Shown: positions 21,504-33,821, counted from the first letter of the stretch. The stretch: 64,000 bases of DNA from an uncultured Acidimicrobiales bacterium (GCA_963794805.1 CAWCFL010000016.1:37455-101454), one strand, 5' to 3'. A program made the numbers and translations. Notes: generated by a model not told the origin, from the letters alone.

Positions 21504-22084
21504 AGGCGGTACGGATCATCACCGGGCGCGGCGTGCCGCTCAAGCGCAGCGACGTGGACACCGACCAGATCATCCCCGCCGAGTGGCTCAAGCGCGTCGA
21601 GCGCACCGGCTTCGAGAAGGGCCTGTTCTCCACGTGGATGGACGACCGCGACTTCGTGCTCAACGACGAGCGCTACGCGGGTGCGTCCGTGCTCATCGCC
21701 GGCGCGGCGTTCGGCGTCGGCTCGTCACGCGAGCACGCCGTCTGGGCCATCCAGCAAGGTGGCTTCGACGCGGTCATCGCGCCGAGCTTCAGCGACATCT
21801 TCCGCAACAACTGCACGAAGAACGGGCTCGTCCCCGTGGTCCTGCCCGAAGCGTCAGTCACGCAGCTGTGGGCGATCGTCGAGGACGATCCGCAGACGGA
21901 GATCACCGTCGACATGGAGCGGCTGCTCGTCGAGGTGCCCGCCGCCGGCTTCGAGGAGCCGTTCCCCATGGCCCCCGCCGACCAGGAGCGCTACTTGGAG
22001 GGCCTCGACGACATCGGGATCACGCTCTCGCACGCCGACGACATCACCACCTACGAATCCAGTCGAGCCGCCTGGCTGCGCTGA
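21499..22084 (+). CDS. leuD: 3-isopropylmalate dehydratase small subunit
   Basis: [43 protein letters not shown]... ATGA start/stop overlap with leuC. Confidence 0.85.
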
Positions 22085-22164
22085 ACCTGTCCGCTTCCGT
22101 CCGTGCGCCACACGGCAGCGGTCACGTGCGGCGGCGAAGTGCAGCCGAGCCCGGTCCCGACCAC

Positions 22165-23493
22165 TCAGCTCAATTCGAGTTGAGTGAGGTCCTGCAGCCG
22201 GGCGTCGTTGGAGAACACCTCGATGGGCGGCCCGAGCGGCAGGCGCAGGGCTCGCTGGAGGATGCGCACCTGGGTGTGCTGGTTGTACTCGGCGAGCGTG
22301 ATCGCCCAGCCGTCGCGCCCGGCGCGCGCCGTGCGCCCGCTGCGGTGCAGGTAGTCCTTGGCGTCGCCGGCCGGCTCGTAGTGGATGACCGCGCCGATGT
22401 CGTCGATGTCGATGCCCCGGGCGGCCACGTCGGTGGCCACGAGCACGGCGATCTGCCCGTCGGAGAAGCGCTTCAACGCCCGCTCGCGAGCAACCTGGGC
22501 GAGATCGCCGTGGATGGCCATGGCCTGCACGCCCAGGTCGAGGAGGTTGCGCTCGACGCGGTCGCAGCCGCGCTTGGTCTGGCAGAACACCAGCGTCTTG
22601 GCGAAGTCGGCGGCGATCGTCGCCACGACCCGGTCGCGGTCCATGTGGTGCACCGCGAGGAACACGTGATGCATCGTGCCCACGGTGTCGGTGGCCGAGT
22701 CGACGGACACCTCCTCCGGCGACTGCATGTACCGGCGCACGAGGTGGCCGACGTCGCCGTCGAGCGTGGCCGAGAAGAGCATCGTCTGGTGCGGGCCGGT
22801 CACCTTGCGCAGGATCCACTCGACCTGCGGCGTGAACCCGTCGTCGGCCATGCGGTCGGCCTCGTCGAGCACCACGATCTCGATCCCCGAGAGGTCGAGC
22901 TCGTCCTCCTTGAGCAGGTCGATGAGGCGCAGCGGCGTGGCGACGACGACGTCGACACCGATCTCCAGCGCGTCGATCTGCTGGCTCCGTGAGGCGCCCC
23001 CGTAGACGGCGAGCACGGTGTGCCCGCAGGCGATGGCCACGGGGCTGAGCACCTCGGACACCTGCAGGGCGAGCTCGCGTGTCGGCACGAGGACCAGACC
23101 GCGTGGGCGGCGGCGTTCGCCCGGACCGGTGAGGCGGGCGAGCATCGGCACCCCGAAGGCCAGCGTCTTGCCGGATCCGGTCTTCGCCCGACCGCAGACG
23201 TCCTTGCCGGTGAGCGCCACCGGGATGGCCATCGTCTGGATGGCGAACGGCGTGGTGAAACCGGCAGCAGCGAGGCCCATGTCCACGTCGGGCGGGACAC
23301 CGAGATCGGCGAAACCCGTCGGCGCGTACGAGTCGAGGGTGAGCGTGGTGGTCGGTTCGGGAGCGGGGTGACGCTCGACCGCCGACTTCGGGGCCCGACG
23401 CACTCGTCGGGTCGCGCCCCGTGGGCGTGTGTTCTCAGGCATGTTGATGGCCCAGGGTACCGGTCGCCCGACCCCCTGGGGTGATGCCGCCAC
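22165..23493 (-). CDS. DEAD-box ATP-dependent RNA helicase
   Basis: Q-motif, GSGKT Walker A, DEAD (VLDEADRM), SAT, and HRSGRTARAGRDG motif VI. Confidence 0.85.
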   Translation of the reverse strand: MAASPQGVGRPVPWAINMPENTRPRGATRRVRRAPKSAVERHPAPEPTTTLTLDSYAPTGFADLGVPPDVDMGLAAAGFTTPFAIQTMAIPVALTGKDVCGRAKTGSGKTLAFGVPMLARLTGPGERRRPRGLVLVPTRELALQVSEVLSPVAIACGHTVLAVYGGASRSQQIDALEIGVDVVVATPLRLIDLLKEDELDLSGIEIVVLDEADRMADDGFTPQVEWILRKVTGPHQTMLFSATLDGDVGHLVRRYMQSPEEVSVDSATDTVGTMHHVFLAVHHMDRDRVVATIAADFAKTLVFCQTKRGCDRVERNLLDLGVQAMAIHGDLAQVARERALKRFSDGQIAVLVATDVAARGIDIDDIGAVIHYEPAGDAKDYLHRSGRTARAGRDGWAITLAEYNQHTQVRILQRALRLPLGPPIEVFSNDARLQDLTQLELS

Positions 23494-23531
23494 CTCGCAC
23501 CCCAGCGGCCGGCGTGCGCCATGATGCGGAC

Positions 23532-25086
23532 ATGAAGGTTGCGCTCACGGTCAACGACTTCCTCCGCCGCGCCGAGTTGCTCTACCCGGACCGCATCGGC
23601 ATCGTCGACGAACCCGATCAGCCCGCCGAGTCGTGGGGCGAGCTGACCTACGCCGAGATGGCCCGACGGGCGCGCGCCCAGGCTGCGGTGCTCGACGCGG
23701 CAGGCATCGGCGTGGGCGAGCGCGTCGCCATCGTCAGCCACAACTCGGCTCGCCTGCTCACGGCGCTGTTCGGCGTCAGCGGGTCGGGGCGCGTCCTGGT
23801 GCCGATCAACTTCCGGCTCGTCGCCGAGGAGGTCAAGTACATCGTCGCCCACTCCGGCGCACGCGTGCTGTGCGTCGACCCGGAGCTGGACGAGGCGCTC
23901 GGCGACGTGGAGTGCGAGCACCGGCTGGTGATCGGCGCCGACACCGACGCTCCCCTCGATCACGAGCCGCCGCGCCCGTGGCTGGCCGACGAGGACGCCA
24001 CGGCCACGATCAACTACACGAGCGGGACCACGGCCAGGCCGAAGGGCGTGCAGCTGACGCACCGCAACATCTGGCTCAACGCGACGACGTTCGGTTGGCA
24101 GCTCGGGCTGACCGACCGCGACGTGTACCTGCACACGCTGCCCCAGTTCCACTGCAACGGCTGGGGCGTGCTGTACGCCGCCACCGGCATCGGGGCCCAG
24201 CACGTCATCATCCGCAAGATCGACGGCACCGAGATCCTCCGGCGCGTGCAGCAGCACGGCGTCACGGTGATGTGCGCCGCGCCGGCGGTGGCCAACGCCA
24301 TCCTCGACGCGGCACCGAAGTGGCAGGGCGAGATCCCCGGCCGCGGCACCACGCGCATCTGCTGCGCCGGCGCTCCCCCGCCGACCAAGACCATCGAGCG
24401 CATCGAGCAGGAGCTCGGCTGGGAGTTCATCCAGATCTACGGGCTCACCGAGACCACGCCGCTGCTGACGATGAACCGCGGGCGGGCCGAGCTCGACGAC
24501 CTGTCGCCGGCGGACAAGGCGGCCAAGCTGAGCCGTGCCGGCGGGGCCGGCGATCGGCGTGGAGATGCGCATCTCACCCGACGGCGAGGTGCTCGCCCGC
24601 GGCAACCACGTGATGGCCGGCTACTGGGACCAACCCGACGCCACGGCGGCAGCCATCCACCCGGCGAGCGACGACCCCGACGGGCCCGACTGGTTCCACA
24701 CCGGCGACGGCGGCCTGATCGACGAGGACAACTACGTCACCATCAGCGATCGCAAGAAGGACGTGATCATCTCCGGCGGGGAGAACGTCAGCTCGATCGA
24801 GGTGGAGGACGCCGTGTTCAGCCACCCGGAGGTCGCCGAGGTCGCGGTGATCGGCATCCCCGACGAGAAGTGGGGTGAGCTGGTCACCGCGCTCGTGGTG
24901 CTCACGCCCGGGTCGTCGCTGACACCCGAGGAGATCATCGCCCACACGCGCACCAAGCTCGCCGGCTACAAGTGCCCGAAGAAGGTCGAGCTGCGCGACA
25001 GCCTGGCGCGCACCGCCACCGGCAAGCTGCAGAAGTTCAAGCTCCGCGAGCCCTACTGGGATGGCCTGCAACGGCAGGTGAATTGA
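23532..25086 (+). CDS. AMP-dependent acyl-CoA synthetase/ligase (FadD-like), frameshift ~24540
   Basis: AMP-binding motif YTSGTTARPKGV, then a C-terminal half in ORF 24535..25086 (GYWDQP...TGDGG...KKDVIISGGENVSSIEVE...KCPKKVEL...TGKLQKFKLR). Confidence 0.75.
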
Positions 25087-25093
25087 ACGCTCG

Positions 25094-26417
25094 GTGCCGT
25101 TCGCCGACCGCCCGCTGCCCGGGTGGTACGACGACGCCAAGCTGGGGATCTTCATCCACTGGGGGCCGTACGCGGTGCCGTGCTTCGCCCCGCTGGCCAA
25201 CGACATGGGCGAGATGATGGAGCACGGCAACTGGGCCGATGCGTTCCGCGCCACCCCGTACACCGAGTGGTACCTGAACTCGTGGTCGATCCCCGGCAGC
25301 CCGGTCGCCGAGCACCACGCGGCGACCTACGGCAACGCCACGTACGCCGACTTCGTCGGCGAGTTCGTCGAGCGGTCGCGTGGCGCGGCGGTGGCCGACT
25401 GGGTCCCGCTGTTCGCCGGCGCCGGGGCGCGCTACGTGGTGCCGGTGACCAAGCACCACGACGGCTTCCTGATGTGGCGCAGCGCCACACCGAACCCGCA
25501 CCGCGACGGCTGGATGGCCGAGCGCGACCACATCGGGGAGCTCGCCGATGCCACACGAGCCGCTGGCCTGCGCTTCGGCGTGTACTACTCCGGCGGGCTC
25601 GACTGGACGTTCCTTCCGCCGCCGATCACCGATCTCGCGTCGCTGATCGCCGCGGTGCCGAACACACCGGAGTACGCCGAGTACGCCACCGCCCACGTCG
25701 ACGAGCTGATCGAGCGGTTCGCCCCGTGCGCGCTGTGGAACGACATCGGCTGGCCGCGGCGGCTCGACCCGAACGACGTCTTCGCCCGGTACTACGCCGC
25801 CGTCCCGGACGGCATCGTCAACGACCGCTTCGACATCGCCGCCGTCGCCCGCGGCCGGTTGCACGCCGACATCGGCACGCCGGAGTACTCGACCAAGCCG
25901 CGCGGCACGCGCAAGTGGGAGGTGTGCCGCGGCATCGGACGCGGCTTCGGCTACAACCGCAACGAGACCGAGGCCACGCTGCTGGCTGCCCGACGACCTG
26001 ATCTGGACGCTCGTCGACATCGTCGGACGTGGTGGCAACCTGCTGCTCAACGTCGGCCCGAGCGCCGACGGCCAGATCCCGTTCGCCCAGGCGTTGCGGC
26101 TCACCGCGCTCGGCTGGTGGCTGCGGGTCAACGGCGCAGCGATCTACGGCACGCGTGCCGGCGGGAGTGCCACCGCCTCCGACGGCCGCGACGTTCGCCT
26201 GACGGTAGGTGCCGAGGGCAACCGCTACGTGATCGCCCGCGGTGCGCCGTCCGGTGCGTGGTCGGTCACCGTCGACGAGCCGGCCGACGGCGCCGAGGTC
26301 CGCCTGCTCGGCAACGAGCGAGCGTTGCCGTTCGCCTGGCGCGACGGCGAGCTGCGCATCACGCTCCCCGACCACCTCCCCGCCGCGCCCGCCACCGCCT
26401 TCTCGATCTCCACCTGA
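25094..26417 (+). CDS. Alpha-L-fucosidase, glycoside hydrolase family 29, frameshift ~25990
   Basis: GH29 N-terminal catalytic region (WYDDAKLGIFIHWGPYAVP...VPVTKHHDGFLMWRS...GVYYSGGLDW). The C-terminal domain continues in the frame ending at 26417 (GNLLLNVGPSADGQIP...). Confidence 0.7.
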
Positions 26418-26458
26418 CCCCGTCCGCCTTCAAGGCATGCGCGGCCACCGCGAACGGG

Positions 26459-27301
26459 TCAGGCGGCGGCGATGGTCGTGCGGTGGAGCAGGCGGTCGTG
26501 GCCCTCGTAACCACCCGTGGCCTTGTGCAGCACCGAGCGGTTGTCCCACATCACCAGCATCTGCGGCTCCCACGCGTGGCGGTACCAGAACTCCTCACGG
26601 GTCTGCCACTGGTACCACTCGGTGAGCAGCGGCCGCGCCTCGTCCTCGGGCATCCCGTCGATGCCGATGACGTAGCCGATGCAGCCGTACAGGCCGAGCC
26701 GCCCCGTTTCGGGATGGGCGCGCACGATCGGGTGGAGTTGCGTGGCCATCGCCGCGTCCGACGGGCGGATGTCCATGCTCCGGTCGAGCGCCTGGTCGGC
26801 CGTGCCGTACATGCCGCTCGGGGCGTAACCGCCGCGGGCCGAGTGCACGGCCATGCGTCCCTCGAGTCGCGACCGCAACGACGCCGGCATCGTGTCGAGC
26901 GCGCGGTGCTGGTCGGCGTAGAGCGTGTCGCCGCCGTGCGGCGGGATGGTGATGCCGTACAGGCACGTTCCCGCCGGCGGACGGGCCTGGAAGCTCCAGT
27001 CGGTGTGCCAGTTCTCGGCGAACAGTGGCGCGGTCTCGTGGGCCGTGCGCTTGATGGCGATGACGTGCTCGCGGCCGGGGATGGGGCCGATGAACGGGTC
27101 GTCGCCGAAGCCGCCCAGGGCGATCGTGAACCGCTCCAGGTCGTCGTCGTCGATGTCCTGCTCGGGGAATGCGAGCACGTGATGCTCCAGCCAGGTGGCG
27201 CGCAGCGAACGAACGGCGTCGGCGTCGAGCGGTTCGCGCAGATCGACACCGGTCACCCGCGCCCCGCACGCCTGCCCCGACGGCCGCACTTCGATCCCCA
27301 T
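26459..27301 (-). CDS. TauD/TfdA-family Fe(II)/2-oxoglutarate-dependent dioxygenase
   Basis: 280 aa with the HTDWSF...H facial triad context (ENWHTDWSFQARPP, DTLYADQ, MLVMWDNRSVLHKA). Confidence 0.75.
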   Translation of the reverse strand: MGIEVRPSGQACGARVTGVDLREPLDADAVRSLRATWLEHHVLAFPEQDIDDDDLERFTIALGGFGDDPFIGPIPGREHVIAIKRTAHETAPLFAENWHTDWSFQARPPAGTCLYGITIPPHGGDTLYADQHRALDTMPASLRSRLEGRMAVHSARGGYAPSGMYGTADQALDRSMDIRPSDAAMATQLHPIVRAHPETGRLGLYGCIGYVIGIDGMPEDEARPLLTEWYQWQTREEFWYRHAWEPQMLVMWDNRSVLHKATGGYEGHDRLLHRTTIAAA

Positions 27302-27358
27302 CTGATCGACTGTAGATCGCCCCTGACCGATCGATCAGCGGATCTGGTTGATGCATCA
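27302..27358. promoter_or_regulatory. Inverted repeat CTGATCGA-N21-TCGATCAG abutting the TauD-family start codon, plus the 10-bp perfect palindrome TGATGCATCA
   Basis: Seen directly in the divergent region between the dioxygenase gene and the micro-ORF/hss operon. Candidate operator sites. Confidence 0.35.
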
Positions 27359-27445
27359 GCCAGTCGCCCGCCAGCGCGGCTCCTCGTTAGCGTGCGCCCG
27401 CTTCACGGCACGACCGCCGACCAGCAACGAAGGAGGGGCAACGCG

Positions 27446-27583
27446 ATGGACCGTCACGACGGCACCGAGAACCTGGGGCGCAAGAGCGTCGCCTACGACT
27501 GGCAGTCGCTGTACGTCGCCGACCAGGCACGCAACCTCGACACCGAGCTCACCCGGCTCCTCGCGTCCGCCGAGCGCGCGTGA
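27446..27583 (+). CDS. Micro-ORF (45 aa, MDRHDGTENLGRKSVAYDWQSLYVADQARNLDTELTRLLASAERA) translationally coupled to hss
   Basis: Strong SD GAAGGAGG 8 nt upstream of the ATG. Its stop overlaps the GTG start of hss (GTGA). Confidence 0.45.
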   Translation: MDRHDGTENLGRKSVAYDWQSLYVADQARNLDTELTRLLASAERA

Positions 27584-29037
27584 CGACCCTTCCCGCCCGG
27601 GTCCTCGTGCTCGGCTGCGGCTCGGTCGCCCAGTGCACCGTCCCGCTGCTGATCCGTGACCTGCCGATCGACCCGGCGCAGGTCACCGTCGTCGATTACG
27701 TCGACAACCGCCAGCGCATCGGCAGCTCGATCAGCGCCGGCGTCACGTACGACCAGTCGCAGCTCACGCGCGACAACATCGACGAGTTCCTCACGGCACG
27801 CGTCGGTCAGGGCGACCTGCTGCTCGACCTGGCCTGGAACATCGACAACGCGACGATCGTCCAGTGGTGCCGTGACCACGGGGTGCGCTACCTGAACACG
27901 AGCGTCGAGCTGTGGGATCCGTACGACGAGATGACGGCGACGCCACCGCTCGACCGCACCCTGTACGTCCGCCACATGGACCTGCGACGGCTGCGCGCCT
28001 CCTGGCCGGACAACCACGGCCCCACGGCGATCCTCGAGCACGGCGCCAACCCCGGCCTCGTCAGCCACTTCGCCAAGCAGGCGCTCACCGAGATCGCCGA
28101 GGCGATGCTGCGCGACGGGCTCGCCGCCGATCCGGCCGGGCTCGAGGAAGCGCTGTCCGGCGAGGCGTACAACCGGCTGGCGCTGCTCACCGGGACGAAG
28201 GTCATCCACATCGCCGAGCGCGACACGCAGATCTCCAGCGTCCCCAAGGAGACCGACGAGTTCGTCAACACGTGGTCGGTCGAGGGCTTCTACGAGGAGG
28301 GTGTCGCTCCGGCCGAGCTCGGCTGGGGCACCCACGAGCGACGTCTCCCGCCGAACGCATTCGTCCACTCGGGCGAGGGCCCGTGCAACCAGATCTGCAT
28401 CGCCCGCCCGGGCATGGAGACGTGGGTGCGCAGCTGGGTACCGGCCGGCGAGATCCGCGGCATGGTCATCCGCCACGGCGAGGCGTTCACCATGTGCGAG
28501 CATCTGACCGTCAACGACGTTGACGGTCGCGCGGTCTATCGACCGACGGTGCACTACGCCTACCACCCGTCCGACGCGGCCATCAACAGCGTCCTCGAGC
28601 TGCGCATGCGCGGCTGGAGGATCCAGGAACGTCAGCGGATCCTCAACGACGAGATCACCACCGGCCGCGACGAGCTGGGCGTGCTCCTCATGGGCCACCC
28701 GTACAAGGCGTGGTGGACGGGCTCGCTGCTGTCGATCGACGAGGCGCGCGCCGTGGTACCCAGCCAGAACGCCACCACGTTGCAGGTGGCCGGCTCGATC
28801 ATCGCGGCGATCTCCTGGATGCTGGACAACCCGGACCGGGGTCTGTGCGTGCCCGACGATCTGCCGTGGCGCGACATCCTCGGAGTGGCCGACCGATACC
28901 TCGGTACCCGCCATTCAGGCCCGGCCGACTGGGATCCCGTGAGCAGCCGGCGCGACCTGTTCGCCGACTTCAGCGACGAGGCCAACGCCGTGGATCCCAG
29001 CGATCCGTGGCAGTTCACCAACTTCCTCGTGCGCTGA
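27580..29037 (+). CDS. hss: Homospermidine synthase (saccharopine-dehydrogenase-like fold)
   Basis: 485 aa with an N-terminal Rossmann motif VLVLGCGSVAQ, EHGANPGLVSHFAKQA, and overall collinearity with bacterial HSS (~475 aa). Intact. Confidence 0.75.
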   Translation: MTTLPARVLVLGCGSVAQCTVPLLIRDLPIDPAQVTVVDYVDNRQRIGSSISAGVTYDQSQLTRDNIDEFLTARVGQGDLLLDLAWNIDNATIVQWCRDHGVRYLNTSVELWDPYDEMTATPPLDRTLYVRHMDLRRLRASWPDNHGPTAILEHGANPGLVSHFAKQALTEIAEAMLRDGLAADPAGLEEALSGEAYNRLALLTGTKVIHIAERDTQISSVPKETDEFVNTWSVEGFYEEGVAPAELGWGTHERRLPPNAFVHSGEGPCNQICIARPGMETWVRSWVPAGEIRGMVIRHGEAFTMCEHLTVNDVDGRAVYRPTVHYAYHPSDAAINSVLELRMRGWRIQERQRILNDEITTGRDELGVLLMGHPYKAWWTGSLLSIDEARAVVPSQNATTLQVAGSIIAAISWMLDNPDRGLCVPDDLPWRDILGVADRYLGTRHSGPADWDPVSSRRDLFADFSDEANAVDPSDPWQFTNFLVR

Positions 29038-29089
29038 GACGGCGCCGACGGGTTGACATCGCCGACCGGCACGGGCACACTGGTCGGCG

Positions 29090-29125
29090 ATGTCCCGCTC
29101 CGCCACGCTCCTTCTGCTTATGTAG
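29090..29125 (+). CDS. leuA leader peptide MSRSATLLLLM (four consecutive Leu codons CTC CTT CTG CTT)
   Basis: ATG TCC CGC TCC GCC ACG CTC CTT CTG CTT ATG TAG. TTGACA (29053) -N17- CACACT ends 8 nt upstream with no SD, so a leaderless transcript is likely. It is followed by a 10-bp perfect stem GGGCAAGCGC/GCGCTTGCCC (29125..29155) and then a terminator. Confidence 0.65.
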   Translation: MSRSATLLLLM

Positions 29126-30886
<1,761 letters not shown>

Positions 30887-31106
30887 AGTGGGGCGTCGGC
30901 GTCGACGTCAACATCATCACCGCCTCGCTTGCGGGCCGTGCTCAACGCCGTGGAGCGTCAGCAGCGTTGACGGTTCGCGGCGCGGTGCGTCGGCCGCCCG
31001 TCGAATGATGCGCAACCGTCACAATCAGCCGTGTCCGAACGCCGTGCCCGCGGTGGCAGTATCAGCCTCAGCAGGGCGCCATGACGCGCCAGATCGAGGC
31101 ACAGAA

Positions 31107-32725
31107 ATGTTCGCAGTCGGAACCGCCGTGATCATCCCGATCATCGTGGTCGGGCGTGATCGTCGTGATCATCGCCGCGTTCAAGGCGATGTGGCGGGTC
31201 GCCGAGCCGAACGAGGCGTTGATCATCTCGGGCTTGCGCGACAAGGGCATCGCCAAGGACACGCTCCGGCGACGAGATGGGCTTCCGCATCGTCACCGGC
31301 AAGGGCACGATGGTGATGCCGGGCGTGCAGGCGGTCCGCCGCCTGTCGCTCGACCTGCACCAGGCCGACCTGCAGGTCGACTGCGTCACCCACCAGGGCA
31401 TCCCGGTGCACGTCAGCGGCACGGTCATCTTCAAGATCGGCGACGATCCGGCGAGCATCACCAACGCGGCGCGCCGGTTCCTCGACCAGCAGGACCGGAT
31501 GGACCAGCGGGTGCACAACGTGTTCGCCGGCCACCTGCGCTCGATCGTCGGCAGCATGACCGTCGAGGACATGATCCGCGACCGCGAGCAGCTCACGGCG
31601 CGCACCCGCGAGGCGTCCGGGTCGGAGATGACCAAGCTCGGCCTGGTGATCGACTCCCTGCAGATCCAGGAGATCGACGACCCGACCGGGTACATCAAGA
31701 ACCTGGCGATGCCGCACACCGCCGCCGTGGCCAGCGCGGCGCGCATCGCCCAGGCCGACGCCGACCGCGAGGCGACCGAGCGCGAGCAGCTGGCCAACGC
31801 ACTGAAGGCCGAGGCCCAGCGCAACGCGGCGATCAAGGAGGCCGGCTTCCAGGCCGAGGTCGACAGGGCCAACGCCGAGGCCGCGCAGTCCGGCCCGCTC
31901 GCCCAGGCGTCTGCCCGCCAGAACGTGGTCGAGCAGGAGACGCGCACCGCCGAGCTCGAGGCCAGCAAGCAGCAGCAGGTGCTCGTGGCCACCGTCATCC
32001 GACCGGCCGAGGCCAAGCGCGACGCCGACATCGCCACCGCCGAGGCGGCCAGCCGCGTCGCCGAGCTGACGGCCCAGGGTGAGGCCAAGCGGACGACGCT
32101 CGACGCCGAGGCCAAGGCGACGGCCACACGGGCCACCGGGCTCGCCGAGGCGGATGCGATCAAGGCCCGCGGCGTCGCCGAGGCCGAGGCCAAGGCGGCC
32201 GTCACCCGCTCGTCGGGTCTGGCCGAGGCCGACACCACTCGTGCCCGTGGCGACGCCAACGCCGACGCGTCGCGGGCCACGGGACTGGCCGACGCCGACG
32301 CCATCCGCGCGCGCGGCATGGCCGAGGGCGACGCCTTGGAGGCCAAGGGACTGGCCGAGGCCAAGGCGATCGACGCCCGGGCCGCGGCGCTGGCCACCAA
32401 CCCCGAGGCCGTGGCCATGCAGGGCCTCGCCGAGAGGTGGCCGGCGATCGTGCGCGAGGCGGCCGGGGCGTTCGCCCACGTGCAGAACTTCACGGTGCTC
32501 GACGGTGCCGCCGGCGTCAACCGCGCGCTGATGGACGTCGCCACGTCCGGCATGGCCGGCTTCGAGTTCCTCCGCGGGATGTTCGTCCCCAAGGGCACGG
32601 TCGCGGCCAGCCGGCGGACACCGAGCATGCGGCGACGAACGGGCATCCGGCCGCTGGCCACCGTCGCGACACCGACCAGCGACGCCCACGAGGCCCACGA
32701 CGACGGTCCCGCCGACGATGTCTGA
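31107..32725 (+). CDS. Flotillin / SPFH (band 7) family protein, frameshifts ~31150 and ~31270
   Basis: N-terminal TM region, ...EPNEALIISGLRDKG..., an SPFH core, and a long Ala/Glu-rich coiled-coil with repeated A(E/D)A motifs. The pieces lie in ORFs 30765..31316, 31156..32082 and 31277..32725. Confidence 0.7.
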
Positions 32726-32937
32726 TCGGGCCCTCGTCGGCAAGGTCGCCACGGTCACCGGTCGGGTCGGGCCGGGAACGCTCGGGGAGGTGACCGTCGA
32801 GCGTGCGCGGCGGGACGGAGACGTACTTCGCCCGCCCGGCCGACGGCCACGAGGTGCTGCTGCCCGGTCACCGGGTGGTCATCGTCGAAGCCGGCTGCCG
32901 GGCGCACGCTGTACGTGACCGCGTTCGACGTGCCCTG
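32718..32937 (+). CDS. NfeD-like small protein (short form), two frameshifts
   Basis: MSDRALVGKVATVTGRVGPGTLGEVTVERA...TYFARPADGHEVLLPGHRVVIVEAG...TLYVTAFDVP. The ATG overlaps the flotillin stop (ATGTCTGA). Confidence 0.55.
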
Positions 32938-32953
32938 AGGCGCCGCGTCCTCG

Positions 32954-33560
32954 TCACAGCGGCGCGATGCGCTCGGCGCCGACGCCGGCCCACTGGCGGT
33001 GGCTCGCGGACGAGGGCGAGCCGGTGCTGCACCGTCGAGATCGGCAGCGGACGGCCGCCAGATCGGCCAACGCGTGCGAGCTCGTCGATCGTGGCCGGAT
33101 CGGTGAACCGACCGCTCGGCGTCGGACTTCGTCTTCGGCGCGGCGATGCCCACGTGGCCGACGACGTGGGCGCCCTGCCAGCTCAGCGTGCGCACCAGGT
33201 CGATCCTGGCCTGCTGGCCGCCGGTGGTCCCGACGCTGACGACGACGACCGGCTTGGCGTACAGCTGGCCGCCGCCGACCACCCAGTCGAGCGCGTTCTT
33301 GGCCGCGCCGGCCGAGCGCGCCGGCGTACTCCGGGGCGGCGATCACCACGGCGTCGGCCGCGGCGATGCGCTCCAGCAGTCGCCGACGAGGGCTGGCGGC
33401 GGATCCTGCTGCGCCGGGTCGAGCGGCGGGATGTCGCCCCGACGTCGTCGATCCGGTCGACGGTCATGTCGTCGAGCCCGCCGAGCCGGGCGGCGACCAC
33501 GTCGAGCGCCCGCCGGTTCGCCGACGCCCTCCGAGGCTGCCGCAGACGAGCAAGATCCGC
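32954..33560 (-). CDS. NAD(P)H-dependent FMN reductase family protein, multiple frameshifts
   Basis: RIAAADAVVIAAPEYAGA / KNALDWVVGGGQLYAKPVVVVSVGTTGGQQARIDLVRTLSWQGAHVV fragments are spread over three frames. Confidence 0.55.
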
Positions 33561-33600
33561 GCTGCACGTCGCCGAGCGTACGTCCGGCCGCCGCCACCGA

Positions 33601-33748
33601 GGTTCGTGTCAGGCGCTGACCGGAACCACTCCGGTCGAGGCGCGACACGAACGACGGCTGCCGGCGTCCGGCGCCCGGCGCGCACCTGCTCATCCTGGTT
33701 CGTGTCAGGCGCTGACCCGTACCACTCCGGTCGAGGCGCGACACGAAC
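33601..33748. repeat. Two copies of a 52-bp hairpin-forming repeat (GGTTCGTGTCAGGCGCTGACC..ACCACTCCGGTCGAGGCGCGACACGAAC) separated by 44 bp
   Basis: Copy 1 at 33601..33652 and copy 2 at 33697..33748, with 2 mismatches. Each has 9-bp terminal inverted arms GTTCGTGTC/GACACGAAC. The copies lie in the divergent region between the FMN reductase and MFS genes. Confidence 0.7.
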
Positions 33749-33821
33749 TCGGCCTGGCACATCGGCAGGGTCCTGGTACGTTCCGGGCATGCGTCGATGG
33801 TGATCGTTCCTGCCGGGTTCG

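Noticed and set aside
19571-22084. 837-aa ORF apparently fusing an upstream region, leuC and leuD
   Set aside because: The first ~160 aa are Arg/Ala-rich shadow sequence antisense to the IclR gene. leuC starts at 20057 (AGGAGG RBS) and its C-terminus lies in another frame (21177..21503). leuD is a separate cistron with an ATGA overlap.
22084-22165. Possible tRNA or small RNA between leuD and the helicase gene
   Set aside because: There are only short imperfect inverted repeats (CTCAATTCGAGTTGAG) consistent with a bidirectional terminator. No cloverleaf-compatible structure or conserved T-loop/anticodon features.
32954-33560. Overlap of the NfeD-like gene with the minus-strand FMN reductase ORF 32755..33282
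   Set aside because: The reductase C-terminus is actually in the frame ending at 32954 (...GVGAERIAPL). The 32755..32953 extension is an off-frame artefact, so the two genes do not overlap.
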